22,892 nucleotides of DNA from Bdellovibrionia bacterium (GCA_045805065.1 JBJMMA010000245.1:1-22892); one strand, 5' to 3'. Counted from the first letter of the stretch, positions 1 to 7,970 are shown. Notes: generated by a model from the sequence alone, not told the origin. A program made the numbers and translations.

Positions 1-447
1 AATATCAAAAAGATAGAGCACAGGCACCAGCATCAGAAGAATGGTTAAATTGTAATTAATGAAATTATCGAAGATCTGAGCCAGAACGAGAGCGAGCGGC
101 TCGACCCGGTAGGACTTGATGAACTTGCCGTTATTGACGTAGATCCCCACCGACATTTCAGCGGTAGAGGAAATGAAGATCCACGGAAGAATGCTAGACA
201 ACAAAAACACTGGATATCGATCGACCTGGATTTTCAGGATGTAATGGAACGCAAAGCTTTGTGCCGAGTAGAGGATGGCAGGAGCCAATAAGACCCAAAG
301 CATTCCCGCCGTCGTCGAGCGATATCGAGACTTCAGATTCGCTTTGGTCAGAACCCAGGATTGCCTGAAAATGCGGGCCCAGTCTTTCGGGCGTTGGATA
401 TCTTTTGGCACAACTCTAAGGGTCGCATGAAGCCAAGATCTTGTCAT
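1..447 (-). CDS. ABC-2 type polysaccharide/O-antigen export permease (Wzm-like), 3' end runs off the window
   Basis: Absent from the ORF track because it has no stop in the window. Manual translation from ATG 447: MTRSWLHATLRVVPKDIQRPKDWARIFRQSWVLTKANLKSRYRSTTAGMLWVLLAPAILYSAQSFAFHYILKIQVDRYPVFLLSSILPWIFISSTAEMSVGIYVNNGKFIKSYRVEPLALVLAQIFDNFINY... The LKSRYR..G.LW.LL.P and YP.FL...LPW.F patterns are typical of Wzm/ABC-2 permeases. A GGAG RBS lies just upstream. Confidence 0.88.
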   Translation of the reverse strand, partial: MTRSWLHATLRVVPKDIQRPKDWARIFRQSWVLTKANLKSRYRSTTAGMLWVLLAPAILYSAQSFAFHYILKIQVDRYPVFLLSSILPWIFISSTAEMSVGIYVNNGKFIKSYRVEPLALVLAQIFDNFINYNLTILLMLVPVLYLFDI

Positions 448-545
448 GCGCTCCGTTCAATTTCGTTTGTGTTCATATCCAGTGTCGGTATCATCATCTT
501 AAGAGACCCTACTCAGTGAGAACATTCCAATCGCCCGATAGCACG

Positions 546-1490
546 ATGTCGTTCAACTCAGTAGCCATGGCCAGCCTCCTCATGGGCGCCGCTGCCGCTG
601 TTTCTCCGAGCGCATGGGCGTACTTTCCAGGAAAAGTCGAAGCCAATAGCGCTGAACTCAAGCAACAGCCTAGGCCTGATGCCATTACCGTCAAGACTCT
701 GCCTAAGGGAACCTCTTTCAACGCCTCAGACAAGCCTACCAACGGCTACTATTACATCCGAACCGCTACGGACTTAGGATGGGTGAATGGCGCAAGCATC
801 GGGAAGGCCCCTCTCACTCAGTCAAGGCCCCAGCAAAAGAGCGCTACTCAGCAACAGCAGCAACAACATCAGACTAAGCGAGCGACTCGTAAGCGTACTC
901 GAGTGGTTGCACCCTATGTGGTCAAGTTGCATGCGGACTACAACATATTCTCAGTATCGGACCTCAACACGGCAACTCGAAGCACAAGCTTTGGCAATGT
1001 GCTTGGGTTTGGTGGCGAAGCCCTCTACTTCTTTGATCCGTTGACGGCCGTGGGAATTAGAATCGACTCCATAGGACAGAAAGTCTCGGCAGCTGACACG
1101 TCCACCTCAAGCACCTACGACTTCAGTCTATCGACGCTTGCAATCATGGTGGGTGCCCAAAGAATTCTTTGGGAAGACGAATCGTTCTACATTTCCGGAA
1201 ACGGCTATCTTGGTCTTGCAAGCTCGAAGCTGAGCGTAAACGAGACGACTGCAACGGCTACCCAAACATTTGAGTTCAGCGGAAAGCCACTCACCTTCCT
1301 GGCCTTGCTTGAAGGGGGATGGAAGATCAATCCAACGTTCAGTCTTTTCGGCGAACTCGGCTATCGTTTTCTTAACAGCTCCAACGCGCCTCTCACAGGA
1401 TCAGACCCCACGGGAACAATCGTACCCTCCACGGTCTCGCTCAATTTCAGCGGCCCTGTCATTGGAATCGGCGCAAGCGCGCGCTTTTGA
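546..1490 (+). CDS. Secreted/outer-membrane protein: signal peptide, SH3b-like domain, Q/K/R-rich linker, C-terminal beta-barrel
   Basis: Part of ORF 441..1490. Start moved to ATG 546 because TTG 441 overlaps the wzm start and MSFNSVAMASLLMGAAAAVSPSAWA reads as a signal peptide. TLPKGT..GYYYIRT..GWV resembles a bacterial SH3 domain. The C-terminal half has alternating amphipathic strands and ends GIGASARF, with a terminal Phe typical of the BAM signal. Confidence 0.75.
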   Translation: MSFNSVAMASLLMGAAAAVSPSAWAYFPGKVEANSAELKQQPRPDAITVKTLPKGTSFNASDKPTNGYYYIRTATDLGWVNGASIGKAPLTQSRPQQKSATQQQQQQHQTKRATRKRTRVVAPYVVKLHADYNIFSVSDLNTATRSTSFGNVLGFGGEALYFFDPLTAVGIRIDSIGQKVSAADTSTSSTYDFSLSTLAIMVGAQRILWEDESFYISGNGYLGLASSKLSVNETTATATQTFEFSGKPLTFLALLEGGWKINPTFSLFGELGYRFLNSSNAPLTGSDPTGTIVPSTVSLNFSGPVIGIGASARF

Positions 1491-1515
1491 CTTTCATCTG
1501 CTCAACTGCTTTTCT

Positions 1516-1546
1516 TGAACGTCCCCTGAACGTCCCCTGAACGTCC
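1516..1546. repeat. 11-bp tandem repeat TGAACGTCCCC, about 2.8 copies
   Basis: Read directly: tgaacgtcccc tgaacgtcccc tgaacgtcc, intergenic. Confidence 0.95.
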
Positions 1547-1629
1547 AAAGACTCGACACACATAGTGCGAGCCCGACATGTGTCGGCTGGGACACCTTAG
1601 ATTTCTCAGCTATTTTCAAGGCTTTTTCT

Positions 1630-1645
1630 TGGAACAACGCGTGCA
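1630..1645 (+). promoter_or_regulatory. Putative sigma54 (-24/-12) promoter of the transglutaminase-like gene
   Basis: TGGAACAACGCGTGCA has GG-N10-GC spacing and resembles TGGCAC-N5-TTGCW. It lies about 25 nt before ATG 1669 (RBS CAGGAG). GACA/TGTC palindromes sit upstream at 1573-1595. Confidence 0.5.
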
Positions 1646-1668
1646 GTCTCTGACACCAGGAGACCATC

Positions 1669-2832
1669 ATGCGACTCATTGAGAATTACAAATCAGGCCT
1701 CACCTACATGATGGCAGCCGTCATGACGGCAGCTCCTGCGTTTCATATCGGCGACTCGATCGAGATCGAGACGCTCTTGAATGGTCGAAGTGACAAGAAC
1801 TTCTTAAGTGATCAAGAAAGCATCAAGCGCTATGTCGCCACCCAACTCCCCAAGGGGACGCTGGGAGAAATTGAAGAGATCCACGGCTTCAAAAAGACGG
1901 GCAACACCGGGCTTTACATTAAAGTGACATCCGGCCCAAACGCTGGAAAAAAATACTGGGTTCTGCATCGTCCAGATCGGAACTACCTCAAGCTCTACGA
2001 TAAGAAATCAAAAGAGACGGACTCCGCTCAAGACGCGGCCAAGCTCGAGACTCAGCAAGATATCAGCGCAGTCCATGATCGTCAGCCTGCCTCTAAAGCT
2101 CAGGGCGAAGCCCAGGCCGCTGCTCAAGCTTCAGAAACGAGCATCCCGGAAAAGGTGCTCAATCTGTCTCTCTTTGTTAAATCCGCGGGAGAATCACCAA
2201 AGGCCGACTGTTCGAACACAGATGCACCCAAGCAGGACATGGTCCCTGTTGCGGAATTGCCTCAGGAAAAAGCGGAGCTTTATCTGCGATCATCGCCGCG
2301 TGTCCAGACAAGCGATCCTCGGATTCAAGAACTCGCTCAATCCATCACAAGCGGAAAGAGCGATGACTATTCCAAGGCGATGGCGATTCACGACTGGGTT
2401 GCATCCAATGTGGAATACGACACCGAAGCTTATTTCAAAGAGTTTCTCAATGGGCGGACCTATACGCGCGAATACGATGCGCTGTCTGTCCTCAACCGAA
2501 CCCCTCATACCGCAGTATGTGCGGGATATACCAATTTAGCGCTCGCTTTGATGAGAGCTTCGAATATTCCGGCAAGGGAGATCGAAGGACTTGTGCATTA
2601 CGATGGCCCGCCCGAAACTCGGACCTGCGTGAATGCAGACAAACAAAAGAACTATCATGCATGGCTTGAAGTCTGGGTGAATGGAAGATGGCTTGCCATG
2701 GACACCACCGCGGACGCAGGCAATACGGATTACAAGACGGAGACTTTCATCAAATCTCCTTCTCGTAAATTCATGGACCTGGACGTTTTTTGGAAAAGCC
2801 ATACGCCTTGCAGCATTAACAACTACTATTAA
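1669..2832 (+). CDS. Transglutaminase-like (papain-fold) domain protein with N-terminal SH3-like region, probably exported
   Basis: Catalytic Cys motif AVCAGYTNLALALMRASNIPAR and His/Asp motif YHAWLEVWVNGRWLAMDTT, preceded by KAMAIHDWVASNVEYD. Good RBS. Confidence 0.88.
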   Translation: MRLIENYKSGLTYMMAAVMTAAPAFHIGDSIEIETLLNGRSDKNFLSDQESIKRYVATQLPKGTLGEIEEIHGFKKTGNTGLYIKVTSGPNAGKKYWVLHRPDRNYLKLYDKKSKETDSAQDAAKLETQQDISAVHDRQPASKAQGEAQAAAQASETSIPEKVLNLSLFVKSAGESPKADCSNTDAPKQDMVPVAELPQEKAELYLRSSPRVQTSDPRIQELAQSITSGKSDDYSKAMAIHDWVASNVEYDTEAYFKEFLNGRTYTREYDALSVLNRTPHTAVCAGYTNLALALMRASNIPAREIEGLVHYDGPPETRTCVNADKQKNYHAWLEVWVNGRWLAMDTTADAGNTDYKTETFIKSPSRKFMDLDVFWKSHTPCSINNYY

Positions 2833-2880
2833 TTTTAACTCACTTGACTTCACTCGCGCGCTCTTTCAAATTGGATCGCG

Positions 2881-3549
2881 ATGATCTCGACACAGGATAT
2901 CTTTCTCGTACTATTCTTGGCTTTTCTTGAGGGCATCCTCTCGATCGATAACGCCCTGGTATTGGCGTTAACAGCCAAAGGACTTCCGCATCACCTGCAG
3001 AGAAAAGCTCTGACCTATGGTCTGGCTGGAGCTGTCGTGTTCCGTATCTTAGCGCTGTTCATTGTGCGCCAACTCATGGCCTGGACCTGGGTCAAGTATG
3101 TCGGTGGCGGCTATCTCATCTTCATTTCGCTGCAGCATCTTTTTAAGAAGAAACATCATGAGGCTGAGCACGAAGGATCGAAATCTCCAGCTCGAAGCTT
3201 CTGGAAAACAGTCGTCGTGATCGAATTGATGGATATCGCCTTCGCGGTCGACTCCATTCTGGCCGCGGTCGCGCTGACTGATAAGTTCTGGATCATTTTC
3301 ATCGGCGGATTCATGGGCGTGATCATGATCCGCTTTTCAGCATCCGTCTTCATCAAGCTGCTCTCCCGCTTTCCGGCATTTGAGCCCACGGCTTATCTGC
3401 TGATTCTGTGGATCGGTATCAAGCTCGTGCTTGAAGGACTCCACATCCCAGGGCTTGAGTTCGAATCACCAAGCCATACCGCATTCTGGGTCTTCTGGGG
3501 ATTGATGGCACTCACCATCCTCAGCGGCTTCAGGCCGAAGCGGAGTTGA
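2881..3549 (+). CDS. TerC/Alx/YkoY family integral membrane protein
   Basis: LEGILSIDNALVLA, KALTYGLAGAVVFR and IELMDIAFAVDSILAAVA are TerC-family motifs; several hydrophobic helices. Confidence 0.93.
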   Translation: MISTQDIFLVLFLAFLEGILSIDNALVLALTAKGLPHHLQRKALTYGLAGAVVFRILALFIVRQLMAWTWVKYVGGGYLIFISLQHLFKKKHHEAEHEGSKSPARSFWKTVVVIELMDIAFAVDSILAAVALTDKFWIIFIGGFMGVIMIRFSASVFIKLLSRFPAFEPTAYLLILWIGIKLVLEGLHIPGLEFESPSHTAFWVFWGLMALTILSGFRPKRS

Positions 3550-4807
3550 TTACGCGGGCGCCGGCAGACACAGGGAAGTAAGCCTCGAAGACGTTTCCTT
3601 TTCCCGGAACGCTTTCGACCAGGCTCACGTTTCCGCCATGAAGCTGAGCGATCTGGCGAGAGATGTACAAGCCCAATCCCAAGCCACCCAATCTGCTCGT
3701 TCTTTGAGCGCGCTCAAAGGGCTGAAAAATTCTCTCGCGATCCTCGACAGGAACGCTTGGGCCTTGATCCCGCACCGTAAGCCGGAAGGATCCCCCCTCG
3801 CCCCGGAGCTTGATCCAGACCACTCCGCCCTCTGGTGAGAATCGAATCGCGTTCATCACAAGATTGGTGACGACTTCTTCCATACGAACCGGGTCGACGA
3901 ACGCATGCAATGAGTCCGGAGCGTCCGTATTGAGCGTCACGCCCGCCTCTTTTGCAATCAGGATCAGGCGCGCGTTGACGGTTTCGCGCAAAATCATCGC
4001 GACATCCACATCCGCCGGCTCAACCATGAATCGACCGTTCTGGATTCGGGAAACATCGAGAAGCCCGTCAATCAACTCATTGAGTCTTTCAACCTGGCGA
4101 ATCACGATTCTCAGAAAAGACTCTTTTCGCTCTTCCTGGAGCGCGGCAGGCTCATCTTTTTTCATGCGCGCCATGCGCTCTTGAAGCTGAAGAATGCCAT
4201 AGATCGAAGTCAGAGGAGTTTTAAGTTCATGGCTTGCGATCGAAAAAAACTGGCTTCGGAGCTGGATCGCGTTCTCCAGGCGATTGACTGCGGCAAGCTC
4301 CGAGAGGCGTTGCGACGCAGACAAAAGAAGAACCATCTCACGATCTGACAATGGCTTGATGGAACCCGCAACCACCCAGCCCGGTATTTGTTTTTTACGT
4401 CCTGTTGCGGAAGCTGGCGCACCGGTTGAGCGCATCTCCTGAAGTCCTGCGGGACGCGGAATCGGCGCAATCGTCAGGTTGGAGACCGCAAGCACTGCCG
4501 CAAGTGGCGCTGTCTCTCGCGTGATCTGAACCTGCTTCGGAGAGGCCTCCGAGAGATTGGCGATCTCATCGGTGCGTTTGAGCTGCGCTCTGAGCATCTC
4601 CTCGATCATCTCAGGACTGGAAGTCTCTGAGACGATTCCGGGCTGCACCCTGTACGCCACCTTCTCATCTTCCTCTACGGTGTATACGGCAGCGAAAGGT
4701 ACATCCAGAAGCTTGCAGATAGCTTCTGAAACCGTGGCCAGCTCGCTTCGAGTCTTTGGCCAAGAGATGATCGTTCTATAGAATTCCGTCAGCCTAGTCG
4801 ATTCCAC
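3530..4807 (-). CDS. Cytoplasmic sensor histidine kinase (GAF-like N-terminus, HisKA, HATPase_c)
   Basis: H-box ASHELKTPLTSI, N-box VTNLVMNAIRFS, G1 VRDQGPSV, F-box IFQPFER, G2 GLGLGLYIS. No obvious transmembrane helix. GTG start. The 3' end overlaps terC by 20 bp. Confidence 0.93.
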   Translation of the reverse strand: MESTRLTEFYRTIISWPKTRSELATVSEAICKLLDVPFAAVYTVEEDEKVAYRVQPGIVSETSSPEMIEEMLRAQLKRTDEIANLSEASPKQVQITRETAPLAAVLAVSNLTIAPIPRPAGLQEMRSTGAPASATGRKKQIPGWVVAGSIKPLSDREMVLLLSASQRLSELAAVNRLENAIQLRSQFFSIASHELKTPLTSIYGILQLQERMARMKKDEPAALQEERKESFLRIVIRQVERLNELIDGLLDVSRIQNGRFMVEPADVDVAMILRETVNARLILIAKEAGVTLNTDAPDSLHAFVDPVRMEEVVTNLVMNAIRFSPEGGVVWIKLRGEGGSFRLTVRDQGPSVPVEDRERIFQPFERAQRTSRLGGLGLGLYISRQIAQLHGGNVSLVESVPGKGNVFEAYFPVSAGARVINSASA

Positions 4808-4856
4808 AATGTTTGTATAACACGAATGATGCCCAGCGCGGATGCGTTAAGTTTCG

Positions 4857-4870
4857 GGCACGCTACTTGA
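4857..4870 (+). promoter_or_regulatory. Possible sigma54-like promoter for the candidate sRNA
   Basis: GGCACGCTACTTGA has a consensus -24 GGCACG and correct spacing, but the -12 box is TTGA rather than TTGC. Confidence 0.35.
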
Positions 4871-4881
4871 ACAACCGGTTG

Positions 4882-5004
4882 GTGACTGAAGTGAAAAAAA
4901 AGCGATTTGGATCAGGGTCGTGCGATCGCATTCCATCAACCGCCCCCAAACTAATGCGATCCACCTTGATCGAGGGGCAAGCTCCGGCTTGCCCCTCTTT
5001 TTTT
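4882..5004 (+). ncRNA. Candidate structured small RNA (long hairpin with C-rich loop, then an intrinsic terminator)
   Basis: Nested stems GATCAGGGT(4910-4918)/ACCTTGATC(4963-4971) and GATCGCATT(4924-4932)/AATGCGATC(4953-4961) enclose the loop CCATCAACCGCCCCCAAACT. A + strand terminator follows although both neighbouring genes are on the - strand. The 5' end is inferred. Confidence 0.5.
4972..5004 (+). terminator. Rho-independent terminator
   Basis: Perfect 11-bp stem GAGGGGCAAGC/GCTTGCCCCTC, loop TCCG, then T7. Confidence 0.88.
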
Positions 5005-5031
5005 CTATTATTCTTTAGATTGAGTTTAAAA

Positions 5032-5472
5032 CTACTTGAGACCGATCCGGTCATCCACGACGCGCACGAATTGCTCGGTGCTTCCTTTGAATTCGTACGA
5101 ATAGCCGGTTCTTGGGTAGTTCAGGCGCGGTGACTCAATGCCTCGGATGATATCGAGCAACGTTTCAAGATCTCGCGACTCGGCGCTAGATAGATGCCCG
5201 GTTTCGCGCTTATTCATAAGTTTAAACACCGGAATGCGAACGTCCTCGAGAGTATAACCCTGCTTTTTGCCAAACTGGACACAGTTGCCTTCTGCGCGGC
5301 ATCGGGCAAATTTAAACTTAAAGGGTGTTGAAGATACTTTTCGCACTTCAACAAAGTCGGAGTCGCTGCGATCTGAGAAAACGAATTTCCCGTTCGCGGA
5401 GACCCAATGGGTCGTCGTAAGGGCTAGCACGCCAAGAATTAGGAAAAACCGTTTCACATGAGATTTGTTCAT
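5032..5472 (-). CDS. Hypothetical secreted protein (about 146 aa)
   Basis: Part of ORF 5032..5514. The start at ATG 5472 gives MNKSHVKRFFLILGVLALTTTHWVSA, a signal peptide. It has a Cys pair (CRAEGNC). No family recognised. Confidence 0.65.
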   Translation of the reverse strand: MNKSHVKRFFLILGVLALTTTHWVSANGKFVFSDRSDSDFVEVRKVSSTPFKFKFARCRAEGNCVQFGKKQGYTLEDVRIPVFKLMNKRETGHLSSAESRDLETLLDIIRGIESPRLNYPRTGYSYEFKGSTEQFVRVVDDRIGLK

Positions 5473-5479
5473 AATCAAT

Positions 5480-5515
5480 TGCATCCAGTTCAGGTGCATC
5501 CAGTTCAGGCGCATC
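5480..5515. repeat. 15-bp tandem repeat TGCATCCAGTTCAGG, about 2.4 copies
   Basis: Read directly: tgcatccagttcagg tgcatccagttcagg cgcatc. It produces the MRLNWMHLNWM pseudo-N-terminus in the ORF track. Confidence 0.93.
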
Positions 5516-5560
5516 TAATTAACGCGACCGGTCTAAAACGTTCAACCGGCACTGCCCACG

Positions 5561-5576
5561 AGCAATCCATATGCCA
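5561..5576 (-). promoter_or_regulatory. Putative sigma54 promoter of the hypothetical secreted protein
   Basis: The minus strand reads TGGCATATGGATTGCT, a near-consensus TGGCAC-N5-TTGCW with exact GG-N10-GC spacing. Confidence 0.7.
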
Positions 5577-5659
5577 GCCCTGGATCTAACTCAACTTAAG
5601 AAAAGCTGCATAATCCAAAGAACTTAAGTGCGCTGAGCGGCATTCTTCGAGCCCTGAAA

Positions 5660-5678
5660 CTGTCTAAATTTTGGACAG
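5660..5678. promoter_or_regulatory. Imperfect palindrome, possible enhancer-binding protein site
   Basis: CTGTCTAAATTTTGGACAG (CTGTC-N9-GACAG) lies about 85-100 bp upstream of the sigma54 box, the usual position for an upstream activator sequence. Confidence 0.4.
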
Positions 5679-5729
5679 CTGTACAATTTTTTTAGATTTG
5701 GAAGAGAAACTCCGAAGAGAAGCATTGAT

Positions 5730-6836
5730 ATGGGGCAAGCAGAGAAACCACAACTTCAGGCAGTGCCTTCCTTACAAGGTCCTCAAAAGAGAACCTTGAA
5801 GAAGGGAGATCTGATCTTTGCGGAAGGTGAAAACTCTCGCGCGATGTACCTTCTTCAGAGCGGAATGATTCGCATCTTCAAGAAAAAGGGAGATGCGCAA
5901 ATCGAGCTCGATACGATTCGCTCGGGCCAGGTCTTAGGTGAGCTGGCGTTTTTGGACGGTAACCCAAGATCAGCATCGGGTGAAGCCCTGGTCGATTCTG
6001 AGATCATCGAAATTTCCGGGCCAACCTTTCAAGCCACTCTTGCTCAGATGCCTGATTGGCTCAAAATTCTTCTTAAAACGATTGTTGGAAGACTTCGCAC
6101 CGCAAGCACGCGCATTCGTCAGCTGGAGAGCGCGAGCACGGCCGTGGATTACTCAGATAAGAACGCTAAACCTGGAAAGCGCTCAAGTGCCTACGTTTTC
6201 CTGGGCGCACTGGACGTTCTTAAGACTCTTTCCGGATTTCTTCTGATTGCCTCACGCTATGGAAAACCCACCGCGGACGGCAAAGGCGTTGAGATGCGCA
6301 TGGGAATGGCCACACGTTACATGAATCAGATCATGGGCGTGCCTGAGGCCAAGATCACCTCGATGACTGATGCTCTCTTCCAAGCCGGGCTCTTTACGCT
6401 TCAGGAAGATCAGGTCAATCTGGCGAACTCAAAAACCCTGTTGAATGACGTTCAGTTCCTGGATCAGCTCATTGCTTATCTGAACGACGAAAACCTTTGC
6501 GATCCTTCCAAGCGGCACGACATCACGCCACGTTCGTTTTACATCATGAGCCTTGTGGCAAAGCATCTGAAGAGCTTCCCTGTGGATGAGAAGTCAGGTC
6601 TGACCTCGGTCAATCTCAACGCGATTCGAAAAGCAGATGCCGGATCTAACGGCAAAGAAGCGTTCGCTTTGCATGAGTTTCAAGGCCTGATCAAACTGGG
6701 TTACGCAACGAACATCGACTTCAAGTCTGCTGACGAAGCAGTCACCCTGATCAACGCTGAAGAGTTCACCAAGTCCTATCGCTTTCAGCGCTTCTGCATG
6801 ATCGTCCAGGCTATTAATGAACAGAAACGCAAGTAA
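5730..6836 (+). CDS. Cyclic nucleotide-binding (Crp/Fnr-like) domain protein with long C-terminal region
   Basis: LKKGDLIFAEGENSRAMYLLQSGMIRI and the phosphate-binding cassette GELAFLDGNPRSASG, followed by a C-helix LLKTIVGRLR. Confidence 0.88.
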   Translation: MGQAEKPQLQAVPSLQGPQKRTLKKGDLIFAEGENSRAMYLLQSGMIRIFKKKGDAQIELDTIRSGQVLGELAFLDGNPRSASGEALVDSEIIEISGPTFQATLAQMPDWLKILLKTIVGRLRTASTRIRQLESASTAVDYSDKNAKPGKRSSAYVFLGALDVLKTLSGFLLIASRYGKPTADGKGVEMRMGMATRYMNQIMGVPEAKITSMTDALFQAGLFTLQEDQVNLANSKTLLNDVQFLDQLIAYLNDENLCDPSKRHDITPRSFYIMSLVAKHLKSFPVDEKSGLTSVNLNAIRKADAGSNGKEAFALHEFQGLIKLGYATNIDFKSADEAVTLINAEEFTKSYRFQRFCMIVQAINEQKRK

Positions 6837-6872
6837 ACTTGCGTTTGGAACAGAAACGCAAGCAAGCTTGCG
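6819..6872. repeat. Tandem 25-bp palindromic repeat (two hairpins, period 29), probable terminator/stabiliser between convergent genes
   Basis: GAACAGAAACGCAAGTAAACTTGCG (6819-6843) and GAACAGAAACGCAAGCAAGCTTGCG (6848-6872); both fold. Confidence 0.85.
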
Positions 6873-6880
6873 CGCTGATC

Positions 6881-7927
6881 TCAGATCATGTCCGGCTTTT
6901 GCTTTTTGAGCTGCTCAACGATGAGCTTGATGTCCTGAGCGCGGCTCTTATCGGCAACCAGGATAGCGTTGCCATGATGAACGATGATCAAGTCTTTCAC
7001 GCCGAGAAGCGATACGACTTTCCCTGGAGCATCGACAATATTGCCCGTAGCGTCGATTGCGATCGCCTCGCCGCCGCTCACTACGCCCGCATCATGTCTC
7101 GTTTGAAGAACATCCGCCAAGCCTTCCAGCGAAGTCCAGCTGCCCAGATCATCCCAGCCGCAATCGAGCGGAAATGAGACGACGTTCTTTGCTTTTTCCA
7201 TGATGCCGTAGTCGATCGAAGTCGCCGTCATCTTGGGATAAGCGTTATCTACTTTTCCACCACAGGATTCCCAGGCGGCCTTCATCTCAGGCATGAGCTC
7301 ATCAAACGCGCGCAGAATCACTTCAGCGCGCCAGACGAACATTCCGCCGTTCCAAAGGTAGTTGCCTGAGGCCAGAAACTCTTTGGCGCGCTCAAAGTTC
7401 GGCTTCTCAACAAAGGCATCCACCTTTGCAGGAGTCGCCTTGGAGCCGATCTTCAAATAGCCGTATCCCGTTTCAGGACGATCGGGCTGGATTCCCAGGG
7501 TGACCAGATCATCATGCGTGAGCGCCCAATCACAAGCCGCACGAACGGTTGCGATGAACTGATCGGGACGCGCAATGTAGTGATCGGATGGCATCACGAG
7601 CATCAAGGCGCGAGGATTTTTTTCCGCGATCGCGCGTGCCGCCCAATAAATACAAGGAGCGGTATTGCGGCCTTGGGGCTCAGCAAGAACTTGCGCACTG
7701 GGTGCTTCGCGATTCACAGCGTCTTCAAGCGCTTTTGTCGTCACGATCATTTTATGATCAGCAGAGACGATCGGATCAAAGCGCTTCAAAGTCTGCTGAA
7801 GAAGGGTGTCTCCCCCATCCTCTTTGCCAAACGAGAGAAGCTGCTTAGGTTTGCGCGAAGTGCTTTTTGGCCAGAAGCGTGTGCCGCTTCCGCCTGCCAT
7901 TACAACGAGATGAATCTCGGTTTTCAT
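6881..7927 (-). CDS. manC: Mannose-1-phosphate guanylyltransferase (ManC-type, GMP domain only)
   Basis: VVMAGGSGTRFWPKS, PKQLL, EPQGRNTAPCI, PSDHYI, PETGYGYL, FVEKP, WNGGMF, SIDYGIMEK, GWDDLGSW. No C-terminal cupin. The alternative start is ATG 7969, which overlaps the upstream stop as TAATG. Confidence 0.93.
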   Translation of the reverse strand: MKTEIHLVVMAGGSGTRFWPKSTSRKPKQLLSFGKEDGGDTLLQQTLKRFDPIVSADHKMIVTTKALEDAVNREAPSAQVLAEPQGRNTAPCIYWAARAIAEKNPRALMLVMPSDHYIARPDQFIATVRAACDWALTHDDLVTLGIQPDRPETGYGYLKIGSKATPAKVDAFVEKPNFERAKEFLASGNYLWNGGMFVWRAEVILRAFDELMPEMKAAWESCGGKVDNAYPKMTATSIDYGIMEKAKNVVSFPLDCGWDDLGSWTSLEGLADVLQTRHDAGVVSGGEAIAIDATGNIVDAPGKVVSLLGVKDLIIVHHGNAILVADKSRAQDIKLIVEQLKKQKPDMI

Positions 7928-7939
7928 AGTAATTAAATT

Positions 7940-7970
7940 TCTCGGGCCGGCTCCGCCCGCCCTGGTCATT
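7940..7970 (-). repeat. 31-bp GC-rich palindromic (REP-like) element, copy 1
   Basis: The minus strand reads AATGACCAGGGCGGGCGGAGCCGGCCCGAGA, identical at 28 of 31 positions to 10322-10352 (+). Confidence 0.85.

Noticed and set aside
849..872. Poly-Gln CAG/CAA tract as a phase-variation locus
   Set aside because: Mixed codons and in-frame units; an ordinary low-complexity linker.
2833..2880. yybP-ykoY manganese riboswitch before terC
   Set aside because: Only 48 nt of intergenic space and no recognisable motif.
4813..5133. 106-aa + strand ORF
   Set aside because: TTG start without RBS; it runs through a strong terminator and into the opposite-strand gene.
5692..5718. Sigma28-like promoter TTAGATTT-N11-TCCGAAGA before the cNMP gene
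   Set aside because: Spacing fits, but each box matches only 5 of 8 positions; too weak to call.
6819..6872. Mini CRISPR array
   Set aside because: Only two units with a 4-nt gap, no spacers and no cas genes.
6839..7177. 112-aa + strand ORF starting MRLEQKRKQ
   Set aside because: Created by the tandem duplication of the cNMP gene end and antisense to manC.
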